A program made the translations under genes and the position numbers. A stretch of DNA of 62,701 nucleotides, the filler included, from Nemertoderma westbladi (taxonomy: Eukaryota > Animalia > Xenacoelomorpha), in the NCBI GenBank assembly GCA_032718475.1. It is 3 parts of 3 records of this genome, joined end to end, with 100 filler letters (N's around TTAATTAATTAA, not from the genome) between each part and the next. Parts side by side here need not be neighbours in the genome. Positions count along the whole stretch, not along the records: positions 47,391 to 62,701 come from JAUCBJ010008935.1; 2 more parts are not named here. One strand, given 5' to 3'. How positions within the stretch are numbered: position 1 is the first letter of the stretch; each line of letters begins with the position of its first letter. The notes beneath the pieces are model-generated. The model saw only the letters and a list, made by a program, of their open reading frames with translations. It ran no database searches and was not told the origin of the DNA. Positions 51,410 to 62,701 of the stretch are shown here, piece by piece.

Positions 51410-51830
51410 CTAGAACTCATAAAAGACTATTTAACTAACAGAACTCAGTATGTGGTAATTAACCGTTATAAATGGGACATTGTTACTATAGCATCAGGAG
51501 TACCCCAAGGTACTGTAGCTTGCAAGGCCCTTTATTGTTTTTTCTTTATGTAAATGATTTACCGTATGTTACGAAAATGGGGTCAATATTATTTGCTCAT
51601 GACGCTAGTTTTATTGCCTGTCATAAAATTCCCGATATTCTTTTCAATGAAACAAATTACGAATTATCTAAGATACAAGAATGGTTGGTGGCTAACAAAT
51701 TAACACTAAATGTAAAATAACTGAATATCCATTTTTCAAATCGCATCTCACCAAATTCTATTCATGTAGGAAACAGTACTGTTACGATATGTGACGTTGT
51801 GTTCGAAACAGTCCATTATACAGTATAAAA
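51410..51830 (+). mobile_element. Decayed CR1/L2 RT fragment, duplicated at about 55920-56270
   Basis: YLTNRTQYV..SGVPQG..GPLLFFLYVNDL..LFAHDAS..WLVANKLTLNVK. Confidence 0.75.
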
Positions 51831-51832
51831 CA

Positions 51833-53858
51833 ACTACTACTAGGATCGGCATGCTTCATTGCAGCTGCATTTTTAAAAATGCTGTGCCGGCTTGTCAACA
51901 AAATTGCGCCGCCACAACTCCCTATCACCCATGAGATTTGCTAGATCATCCTCATCTTCAAGGCCAGTGTCCTTTAAGATGCGTCTCAAGATAGTCATGG
52001 ACTGTCCACCACCATGCTTATTCACTCCATGAGGCCGCCAAAGTACAAGATTATGCACTGCTGGTCCTCACGGCGAAAGCAATGTCCTGCAAAGCGGAGG
52101 CGATTTTGTTCTATTGTCAAGCTTGGGGGAACCAATGAGACACGTCCAATGTTATATAGTGTCTTTTTTGGAGATATTTGCATTGTACTTGACACAATGA
52201 ACCCGGCGTAGCATTCTTGTGAATGTGCGATCCAGAGATTTGGTGTCCTCAGCAGTTAGGGCCCAGCATGGACTCCCATAGAGGAGTACTGGAAGGTATA
52301 CAGACGTTTCGGCCTAGGACGTTTCGGCCCATGACTAACTGAATGAAAAGGCCAACTTGTTTGATATGATAATAATTATTCATTAAAATCATAATTATTT
52401 CACAATAACATACAAACACTTAATAAAATATCTTTCATGAAATTGCTATTTAATTTACCTTTATTTCAAAATAAAATAAACATTAGGGAAGTGGTGCTCT
52501 GGTTCCATAGACAATTCGCCATCAATTATATTATGTGGCCGAAAAAATGCAAGTCAGAACAAATTTTTGGTCTCGAGTACCACATTGCTAATATACATAG
52601 TACTACCAAAGTGAATCAATTTCACGAACCATGTAGGGCTTAAATCTCGTCTGATCGATATATTTTGGAGATACTTCATTAATTTTAAACATTACTCAAT
52701 TGATAATTATTGTAGCTGGACAGTGTATTGCAGCTAAGTCTTAATGATCTGTTGAAACAATAACTCTCATCTTCGATGGTAGATGATTTATACCCATAGA
52801 TAACGACGTATAATGCTTTTATTAATTAATATTTTATTTCACGTCACATCCACTCTGGTCCTTTTAATACGCATACATTTCATCTAAATTTAAATTTAAT
52901 ACGCATAATATATTTCATCTAAATTGAACTTTAATTCGCATATATTGTAACCCATTCCATTCCATTTTTTAGCAATGCTCCTAGTGGAATATTTCTTATC
53001 TATTATATTTTTAAGACCAACATTAAAATACAGTAATAATTTTAATTCGGTGTATTTTAATGTACTTTATTTATTGACTCATATTTTAAAATACGTACAG
53101 TATGTTTTTTTTTATGGGGGAAACCCAATCATCATAATACTAAAGTTAATTTGTCAGCATATGTTATCTTTGTTCGAAGTTACAGTATGGTGTATATTTA
53201 TATTAATAAATAATAATAATAATAATATTACATTAGTTATTATTTATAATTATAATGTAGAACTTCGATCGTGACGACTTTCAAACAGGTGTCGGAGAAG
53301 TTCCTACTGACAACTACTCTTGTAACGAACGTAAAAAACTACATAACAAATATATTGAATAACTTATTATTAATTAATAGCTTATTTAAGGGAGTAAAGT
53401 GAGTCTTTGGGCCAAAACGTCCGACAAGCAAATCTTGTATTTCATTCCTTGGGCCGAAACGTCCTAGGCCAAAACGTCTTAGACCGAAACGTCTGTTACC
53501 CGTACTGGAACTACTGCTCTCTTAATAATCGGACCTTAAGTTTCCGATTAATTCTCGGTGACTTCCAAATCCTGGAAAGCCTATTCAAGGCTGCCCATGC
53601 CTTTCCCTTACGTATTCGAAGGTCCTCACCTGACTTCCGGATCCATGATCCCAGGTAACAGAAGTCGTCCACATGCTCAAGCATACCATCCTTTGAGCTT
53701 ATGGTCATCCTATCAGAGACTTGCTGAGGACTTTCAAAGTTAACTGTCATAATTTTGGTCTTTCTAGAGTTAATAAAAAGACCAACACTAGAAGCAGCAT
53801 GTTCTAATGAGCTGAGGAGCCATTGGGCTCCATTTAGTGATTCTGAGAGTACTCCTAA
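51833..53858 (-). mobile_element. RTE-clade LINE (second family), split by a MULE insertion
   Basis: (TAG)n tail at 51833; LWRPHG, DDFCYLGSW, KGKAWAALNRLSRIWKS; segments 51833-52294 and 53511-53858. Confidence 0.88.
52295..53501. mobile_element. Non-autonomous MULE (Mutator-like) element
   Basis: TIRs GGTATACAGACGTTTCGGCC.. and ..GACCGAAACGTCTGTTACCC with repeated GACGTTTCGGCC; 9-bp TSD GTACTGGAA at 52286-52294 and 53502-53510. Confidence 0.88.
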
Positions 53859-53861
53859 GTA

Positions 53862-54593
53862 TGAAATTAATGAAATTCGCATTGGAAAAAAACTTAATTA
53901 AGTTGCGGAAGCTGTTTGACGATATAGATATCTGGGATCTCCTACCACCAGGGATTGGCCTCGTCCATTACCGCGTTATACCATCCTTTATTCAACGAAA
54001 TGTTGTACCCCGCCGCCATTCTCCAGACCCCTTTCTATTTCTACGATAAATCATTCCACAAGGCGCTTAACTTTGGTAGAATTGGGTCGATCATGGGACA
54101 TGAGTTGATTCACGGTTTCGACACCGATGGTCGAAAATTCGATGCCAAAGGGAACCTACACCGATGGTGGAGCAACAATTCGATCTCAAAGTTCGAGAAA
54201 CAGGCAGACTGTATGAGGGAGCAGTACAGTGCCTATACAGTGCATGGAGAAAATGTTAACGGCAACTTAACGCTGGGCGAGAACATCGCGGATAATGGTG
54301 GTTTAAAGAGTTCCTTCCTCGCCTACCGAACCTGGGTGGAACAGAACGGTGAAGAGAAACAGCTACCCGCCCTGCAGCTTAATAACGAGCAGTTGTTTTT
54401 CCTCAGCTTGACACAGATGTGGTGCGACTCCGCCCCCAAGAAGGTAGCCAGTTTTTATCTAAAGTTCGACAATCACAGCCCAGAAAATTGGCGTGTGATC
54501 GGCAGTTTATCCAACTCTAACGAATTCAGCGAGGTTTATAGTTGTCCCAAAGACAGCCCGATGAATCCTACCAAAAAATGTACCGGCTGGTAA
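53862..54593 (+). pseudogene. Neprilysin/ECE-family (peptidase M13) C-terminal catalytic fragment, intronless, frameshifted near 53950
   Basis: NEMLYPAAILQTPF, NFGRIGSIMGHELIHGFD (HExxH), GENIADNGGL, HSP..RVIGSLSN..F..C...MNP.KKC.W. Confidence 0.9.
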
Positions 54594-54682
54594 TAGTTTA
54601 TTCGTTCCAGAAACCACTGAGTAGAGGACATTAATTATACATTTTCATTCTTTGATTAAATTGCATCAGTTGACTCAGTTAG

Positions 54683-55000
54683 TGTGAGCGTATTCAATTC
54701 CGCCTCACCAACCCCCATAAAGTGGGAAAGAGCGCCTTTAAGCAATATTGGGGAGTACGAGATTGATTGCCAATCAACCTCGTATCACCCCCAATAAACG
54801 GGGACAACAAACCCCAAAGGGCCTCACACAATAGAGGTTAGAGGTCAAGTTACCTCAAGGAGAGAGAGTAACAGCAGCGGGGGGGGGGGGGAACACTCCC
54901 GCAGAGGAAAGGCGAGAATTAGGTTGTCGGCCAATGGGGGGATGGCAGGGCATCAGCTGAGTAACACGGCCAAAGGTAGTGTAGTATATTACCGTCCTAA
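54683..55000 (+). mobile_element. Diverged LTR related to those at 30867 and 31595
   Basis: TGTGAGCGTATTCAATTCC.., TACGAGATT..CTCGTATCA hairpin, GAGGTTAGAGGTCAA..ACCTC, GGGAACACTCCC. Confidence 0.65.
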
Positions 55001-55300
55001 AGGAACTGTTAATATTTCCCCGAAAGTAAATATATTTGTCAGAGATTATATAGTAGTGATCAATCGAATAATACAGTAGGTCTACACTGCAATACTTCCC
55101 AAGGAATCCGAATCCAGTCTCCCACACCGTGGGTCATACGCCGCGCACGGACTGGCTTCGGCAGATGTAACTTCAGTACACCAGGTAATTGGTAAAGGCT
55201 AAAGTCGATTTTTAAACAAAAGGACAATTAAAATTGGCAGGTTAAACTGCTAAAGGTCTGAAAGCGCGAACACATTCCTTTATATACTATCGCATTTACA

Positions 55301-56270
55301 ACATAACATGGCGCATAATTAGAAAGTGTTATATACTGTAAATGTACAGTGTATGATTTGTGTTTGTTGTTTTTTATAATTTGTTATTTTCCCGAGATTT
55401 ACATGTTGATTTTATCCGCCTTATTTATTTCTTTAACCTACAGTAGCTATTTACTATTAAAGTAGATGGGGCGGTATAGTGGGTAATGATTATTCAAAGA
55501 AAACTGTTGTTTTATATGTACTGCATCTGATTTGTATGCAAAAAAATCAAATTTTCGGAAATACTGTATTTAAAAATACATTAATATTTTGTTACCGGTA
55601 CCATATTATATTATTAGGCACACTTTGCTACAGAAATAATAAATGTGTGAAAATCCATATGGATATAAATACAAAATAGGCCAACATTTTAAATATTATA
55701 TGAAATCAACAAATTTTGAATGTTTTGGCATAGGAATGTTGAAATCAACTGTCTGACAGTCCAGAAATCAGCAGTCTGACAATTTGAAGAAATACATACA
55801 TAAAAAGTCATTAAAAGGACAATAAAAGTCATTAAAAGGACAACAAAAGTCATTATGCACAATTCGTAAAAAAAGGAGGACAAAAAAGTCAAATAAAAGG
55901 ACATAAAAAATCACTGCCTTATAAATGGGACATTGTTACTATAGCATCAGGAGTACCCCGAGGTAGCTTGCAAGGCCCTTTCTTTGCTTTATGTAAATGA
56001 TCTACCGTATATTACGAAAATGGGGTCAACATTATTTGCTGATGACGCTAGTTTTATTGCCTGTCATAAAATTCCCGATATTCATTTCAATGAAACAAAT
56101 TACGAATTCTAATATACAAGAATGGTTGGTGGCTAACAAATGAACACTAAATGTAAAATAACTGAATATCCATTTTTCAAATCGCATCTCACCCAATTCT
56201 ATTCATGTAGGAAACAGTACTGTTACGATATGTGACGTTGTGTTCGAAACAGTCCATTATACAGTATAAA
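55301..56270 (+). repeat. Local duplication of 50640-51045 plus 51468-51830
   Basis: Colinear near-identical blocks (CATAACATGGCGCA..; ATAAATGGGACATTGTTAC..CAGTATAAAA) with different central inserts. Confidence 0.85.
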
Positions 56271-57119
56271 ATAAAATAAAATAAATTAGATAAGTGTATA
56301 TTAATATGTAATTGTAGTATAATTAGATAAGGTAAATAAAATCTACAATTTCGTTTTATATTCATTATTAATTTTATACAGTATGTAGCTTTAAATACGT
56401 ATTTTATAACTATAGTAATTGGTATATAATTGGTATTTTTGCTAAATTTACGTTAAAATTACGCTTTAATAATTGCCAAATTAATTTAGGACATTTGAGC
56501 TTTCTAGCTCGCTGGTTGGTCGAGAGGTTGATGATATTATAACAGTCCCTGAATGAGATCCAGCTATTATCTAAGATAATAATTTAGGCTTGTTAACCAA
56601 CCAACAACACTACCAGTTTACAACCGGGTTAGGTATTATTGTATAGTTTTGATTTTAGGTACCTTACTGTGACTATAGTTAGGCCAGTTTGCAGGATTGT
56701 GTTATTATTCCATTATTATTATTATGCGATTAGGATTAGATACATATCTCATATTCAATATATCTATCTTCTATTAGTTAGTGTGTTTGTATTTATTAAT
56801 AAGTTATTATTATAAATTATAATATTAATTCGAAATATATTTATGATATTGCTGAATTGCTCCATTTACTTATTATTATTAATTTTGCAAATAACAGTAT
56901 ACATACTCATTATAAAAAAATCAGTTTTAAACATTTTAAATACTTACTATTACTAGCTAGTAAATAATTCACAAGCTCCATAAAAACACCATAGCTACCA
57001 TAACTAATAATATTAACAAAACATTTTTTTTATTTTCAAAAAAAAATACTAGCTAGTAAATAAAACACTAGCTACCATTTAATAATATATATTAAGGTTC
57101 TAGAACTTTCACAATTAAA

Positions 57120-57358
57120 TAGTACCAATTAAATTTTGTCCCGGACAATTCGATCCCGGCCAATTCGGTCCCGGACAATTCGGTCCCATTAATTTGTATG
57201 TTTTGGGACCGAATTGTCCTAGTCAGTATCCGGACAATTTGGTGCCGGACAAATCGGTCCCGGACAATTCGGTCCCAAAACACAAAACTAATGGGACCGA
57301 ATTGTCCGGGACAGAATTTTCCGGACCGAATTGTCCGGGACCAAATTGTCCTGCTTCC
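57120..57358. mobile_element. MULE-like foldback MITE built from GGACAATTCGGTCC repeats in both orientations
   Basis: CCGGACAATTCGGTCC arrays inverted to GGGACCGAATTGTCC; ends ..TTGTCCTGCTTCC. Confidence 0.65.
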
Positions 57359-57421
57359 GTTAGAGATAGAATATATGCAACTTAAGACTGCCCGTTCAAT
57401 AGAAGTGGATTAGGTGGGATT

Positions 57422-57525
57422 GTGAGTGTCAGGGGGTAGTGGCTGAGCTGGTTAACGCTACTGATGAGGCCTGTTAAGCCGAAACGTACGTATAGCGCTG
57501 GTTCAACCCCCGGTGACGCACTTAC
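57422..57525 (+). ncRNA. tRNA-like Pol III cassette containing a minimal type I hammerhead ribozyme (57456-57497)
   Basis: A box TGGCTGAGCTGG; stem I CGCTA/TAGCG; CTGATGA; stem II GGC-ctgttaa-GCC; GAAA; stem III ACG-TA-CGT; GTA cleavage triplet; B box GGTTCAACCCC. Confidence 0.8.
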
Positions 57526-60500
57526 TCATTTTTGTATATTCATATATTTGAAAATGGTATTATATCGTATGATATCAATTTTCTGTGCGCCGTCTTAAAA
57601 CTAGGATAAATTAACCTTTTTATTGGGAATCAGTTGGTTGCTTGCAGTGGTCTACCGGAGGAGCAGATTGCATTGATTGGCTAATACTGAAACTCGTTAA
57701 CAAAAAGCTGTAAACTAAATTGAATCTTCTATCTCAAAGTTCAGTAAAGATTTAAGTTTTTATACACTCATTTATTTTCACAACATTTTTTCTCAAACAA
57801 CCAAAAATTTGGAAATAAATTTCGCTACAGCAAACGTGCTGGTGATTTCGAAGTTGGGTGCTGCCTGCTCTTTCAGTGCGGCAGCGAAGTATACTAGCAC
57901 GTACATTAGGCGAGGTTCGGTCAGAATTCCGGCTCATTACGTTCCACATTAAACACGGTCGTGGGGCCTTCGCCCAGCACGAGGGTCAGTTATGAGATAC
58001 AGCTTAATATTGAGCGATTCAACTGCATCACACACTCGGTATTTATGAACTTTAACCAAACACCAATAAATCATAAACATCATTAAATAAATAAATAAAT
58101 TTATTTATTTAAATAAATTTATTATGATCTTCATGCCATGCGGCACATGCTCCGCCAGAAAGCTCCTGAACTCCATCCTATTCTCTGGCGACCACCTGTC
58201 GAGGTACCTTTGGGTGTTAATAACCCCTCCATGTGATACTCCTCCTCTTATATCTGCCTCTATACCTGCTGCCTCCCTCCTCTCTTTCCTAGCGGCCTCT
58301 TCTAGCTTTCTTTCCTCCTCTCTATCCGTCTCGCATTTCTTCCATCGTCTGTACGGTGTCTCTACTTCTCTGTCCACCAGATGTCGGGTATTTTAATACA
58401 CCGACTCGCCCTTCTGCCCCGGGTGGTCTACAAGAACTTCTAAGGCAGTCTTAAAGGCTCTCCTGTGGTTCAGAGGTGCTCCCATTAGTAGAAACGCCGT
58501 CGGCTCCCTACCGATAAACCAGTCTATCCACAAAATCAAGCAAGCTCCATCCGCCGCCCTGTCAATCACATCGCGGCTTAGCAATTAACAAAAGCCAGTT
58601 CTCGGTTCGAATCTGAGTACAAAGGCTTGTCGCAGAAGAGAGATGTAAACTGTTACCTTGAAATCATTTCAATGTCATTTCAATATGATTTAATCAGATT
58701 TACTGAATAGTAAAAGGATTAGGTGCATGTGCAGCTACTGTGGAGGGGGTTAATTCATTATAGGCTAAACCAGTACTGGCTGCTTGTCATCTATTTGAGG
58801 CACATTGTCCTCAAAAACGTGCTTAAAGTGCCTATGCAGCAATTGGGCACTGGTAACTGATACCTCATTGGCTCGATCGACGGGTTTAGTTCGTCGCCAA
58901 ATTGTCTCAGCATTACCTTTGCAACTCTCTGTCGGTTCATTGTTATAGTTGTAATATTGGGATTTTGCATTTTGAGCACCAATAGAGTATTCATTTCTCG
59001 CATCAACATAGTTACGAATGCAATCATTGGTTATGTCCTTTGAAACACCATTATATTCCACTGATATCTCATCGCATCAAGCCGTTCCTTTGCTTACGTC
59101 CCAAGTCACCTTTAGTTCCAGCATGCTCTTGCCCAAGGGGCGCCATCGAACATGTCTTTTTCTTTATATTATAAACATGAGGAATGTGCAGTTCTGCAGA
59201 AAATCTAACACTTTATTAATCCGTTCCTTCACATAATAGTAGAGTAGTAATTAGTACAAGATACCACATATATCATCAACTTTATATCAGTAACGATATT
59301 TACAGAAATTATATTTTACAGTACAGTAAGTGTGCATTGTACTAGACAAACATTCATTGCCTGCTATTCACAGAATATTAATAGTAATAATAGCTAAGAG
59401 GTACGTACACTTTGAATAATAGTGAAATGCCGTTCTGGTTACATACATATATCTCTCAGTACGTTTTGCCTACCACCTTGATACATAATTATTAAACTTG
59501 TAGCTAGAACGTTATTTTATGAATAACATATGTAACAGAAACGCCATTTCTACATTAAGTCAGTCTTAATCTTGGTCGAAATATAAACTGAAATCTATGG
59601 GGTAATCTTAGTCGAAATATAGCTGAAATCTAAAAAGTTGGACTAAATATTATCTTTCGTCCTACCTGAAATGTAAGACTGTAATATTGGCTTTGATTTA
59701 ATTTAAATCTAAGCAGAAATTCAAACAGTCAGCATAACTTCAGTAAAAATCCTCCAAATAATTATAATTTTCTTGTGCATACTGGACATTAGGTTACTCA
59801 TTCTAGGAATATAAATAGTAATTATAGCTAAGTGGATCACTTGGGATTGACAAATATAGTGAATTACCATTCTGGAATTATATGATCAGAAATATAGATT
59901 TTAATCTTAGTCAAAAAAGCTTTAATCTAGGGCGTACTATAAATCGTAATCTATATAGCAATCTAAGGTGATGTCCAAGAAGTCTTACCTAAAATGTAAT
60001 CAAACCTGTCATCACTCCAGTGACCTCAATTCTAACTCGAACAAGATGTAAGTAAAGTACAAGCGCTGAATTACAACCTAGTGTAGACTCTAATCCCTAA
60101 TTCGATAAATATTTTAATATTTTTGAATGAATTCATTGGAAATCTATGGCTTTTCAATAAACGACCTCAGTTAGGGTGTATCATATAACCGTTTTCCCCT
60201 TATCCTTTAGTAAAACAGGAATCGGCGCAGGGTGCACAGCAATGCCTACTATGCACACATAAGTAATGATATGCTATACAACTAGGGCGATATATCGTTG
60301 ACAAGACCCAGCATCACCCTGCAGAACGCAGAGACGCAGACTGAAGCTTGTTGGACACTGTTTTCGCTGGAAGGATCAACCTGTCCGCAATCTCGTGCTG
60401 TGGCAACCTTTTTTTCGAGAATAGGTGTGGTGGACAGCCAATGACTTTCCTCAAAGGCCTGCTTTAAGGACACCAAACTTGAGAATAGGGATGAACTGGA

Positions 60501-61250
60501 AAACTATATAGCTGAATGTGAAGTCTGGGGGCGCTATGTTGTTGGTTCCGACGGCACTGCACCTTAGTTCAAACTGATCATCATCATTACTATATATAAT
60601 AAATTCACAAACCAAATTCATCTGTTTACACTGTTCCAAATTTCCGATCCAATAATCATTGCTTAAATAAAACACTCACAACAACCGCGTTCAATTGTGT
60701 AATTAAGTAACTCTAAACGAAATTCAGTTACTAATTAGTATATCTCAGAATAACACATAACTTGGTGAACTGTATAGTCTGTCAAAGGCTTGAAATAGAA
60801 TTTTCATAGAATTAAATAATATTTTTATTGAATATGAACATGAATTTATTATTATTGGTATGGCTGAATAAATGTAGTAATATTACTATTAAAATTTGAA
60901 GTTAACCACCATGATGTTATTTTTCGTAAAATATAAGGCAGATTATTATAAAATTTAGCTCTTTGTATACATTGGCATTACTTAAAAAATAATAACAGTG
61001 AAAAATATACTGTACTTGTACATAAACTATTTATTCTCTGAAACTGACGGGAAACCTACCTACAGGCTGACAGAAGCTCCTCAAACATATTGTAATCCGT
61101 TATATGTTAAACCAAATTTTGGTGAAGACGTTTGGCTACTCATAGCCAAAACGTTTAAAATCTACCAAAACGTCTATCGCATATAACTTGGAGTATCTAG
61201 AACGTCACTGCATTAAACAAATTAAACGTTTTAGCTACAACGAATATACA

Positions 61251-61520
61251 TTAATATATATATATATAATACATATATATATTGTAGTGCATTGTGATAC
61301 ATGCCGCTCCAGATCGAATGATCCAATGATCCATATATGGAAACCTCAATGTAGTTGTACCCAGCTTCGATTTAAATCGATATGTATATGGTAACCCTGT
61401 TGATATCGAAAGCATATCCGAAATGACCAGGTTGTTAGGATCTATAACCAAATCGCATATAATTTCACCAACGCCTTTCCCACTGGAATACCGAGATCCA
61501 TATGCATTGTGTACGACACA
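61251..61520 (-). pseudogene. Decayed APE endonuclease fragment of a LINE; further ORF2-like debris at 58765-59061
   Basis: SSGKGVGEIICDLV..NLVISD..YTY..YMDHWII. Confidence 0.45.
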
Positions 61521-61834
61521 CATGGTGTAAATAAAACAAACAGAACCAACAATGCAATTAAAATTAACTTTGTAACAACACAATCGGTGTCGTAACTACA
61601 GAAATTGAATAAGTTCGTTTTTCTAGAACATAGTTATTGAGTTGACATTTAAACGTTATCAAGTTTATTTAATTAATTTACTAAATTTACTTAATTAACT
61701 AAATTATCAACGAAACTATCAAAATTATCAAACAATCTACAAAATCTCGCTTACCAATAAGATCGGTATTATTAGAAGACAAACTTTAAACGTTTTTATT
61801 AATAAAATCCGATAATTTTTCTCCATTTTCGACC

Positions 61835-62701
61835 TTAACCCTGAAAAGCCCTGGGGGGTGGAATCCACCACCCCTTGTTGTTTTTTTTTCGATTCTATAG
61901 AGATGATCGATCAAGGGAACTCCAAATTCCATTTAATTTCCTGAAATTTATCGGGGATCATTATGAAAAAAAACTAGAAGTTCACACGACCGGAAGCTGT
62001 GACACCTATGTCAGCACTTTTCAGTACTGAAATTTCACATTTCAGTTTCTTTGGGGTAACTTCACTCTATGGTGAAATAAATCGTCAAAATGCAGTTATT
62101 TTGAACACCAAACCCATTGAAAATAATTATGGGTAAAATTTCGTGTTGAAATTTGGAAATTTGAAAAGTACCACAAGAGTGCAAGTAGTGTGAAATTTCA
62201 AATTTTGAAATAGGATACAACGTCAATATCCTCACCCATACTGAGATTTTCGTATGTGCTGATTTCATTGGTGACAATTATAAGACGTTGTAGTTACCTA
62301 AAATTGCTCGAAAATGATAAGATCCCCTACTACAGTAGAACTTTTCAAATATATAATTTTCCAATAAACTACTTGTTTCAGTTAACTTATATCCAACACC
62401 GTATATATCGGTGATATTGGGTTGTTTTGAACGCAGAACCCATTTATAGGAAGATTGTGTATAATTTTATGTCAAAATTCGGAATTTTTAAGAAGCACCA
62501 CAATAGCGCGAAAAGTGCAAGTACAGTAGTAAAATGCGATAAAATTGATTTCGCAATTGTGGAAAAACTTGAATTGCAGTGAAAAAAATAGACAACGGAT
62601 TTGTATTCAGCGCGGTTGTATTGTATACAAAAGTGTATTTGCATGTAAATACTTAAGTTTTTCGAAAAATTTTCAAAAAATATGCATGCAATGAAATTTT
62701 T
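61835..62701. mobile_element. piggyBac-like non-autonomous element, left part
   Basis: TTAA-CCCTGAAAAGCCCTGGGGGGTGGAATCCACC start followed by an AT-rich interior. Confidence 0.45.

Noticed and set aside
60282-60675. Minus-strand ORFs as a host gene
   Set aside because: Short, frame-broken and lacking motifs; lies among LINE debris.

Overview
AT-rich eukaryotic (almost certainly invertebrate metazoan) genomic DNA dominated by nested, mostly decayed transposons. Two 100-bp N gaps containing a TTAATTAATTAA linker (27412-27511, 47291-47390) split it into three contigs. Retroelements: a near full-length CR1-type LINE, several RTE copies, a CRE-like RLE non-LTR element, two BEL/Pao elements, other LTR remnants and tRNA-derived SINEs. 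DNA elements: CMC-EnSpm/DUF4806, Harbinger-type Myb/SANT, MULE and piggyBac-like pieces, plus a two-gene transposon (DUF6589/IS3EU-like transposase and a MADS-like/2xPHD protein). Three satellites (22, 54 and about 673 bp) are present. Host-type genes are an intronless 1091-aa ankyrin/TRPA-like channel ORF and a neprilysin (M13) C-terminal fragment. The three strongest signals are: (i) an 8-unit, ~100-nt-spaced array of covarying GNRA-tetraloop/bulged-A hairpins with unique spacers inside a 1.5-kb LTR; (ii) a minimal hammerhead ribozyme in the anticodon-arm position of a tRNA-like Pol III cassette; (iii) a hidden MADS-box-like domain in the transposon accessory protein. All family calls are by-eye motif recognition, not database searches.
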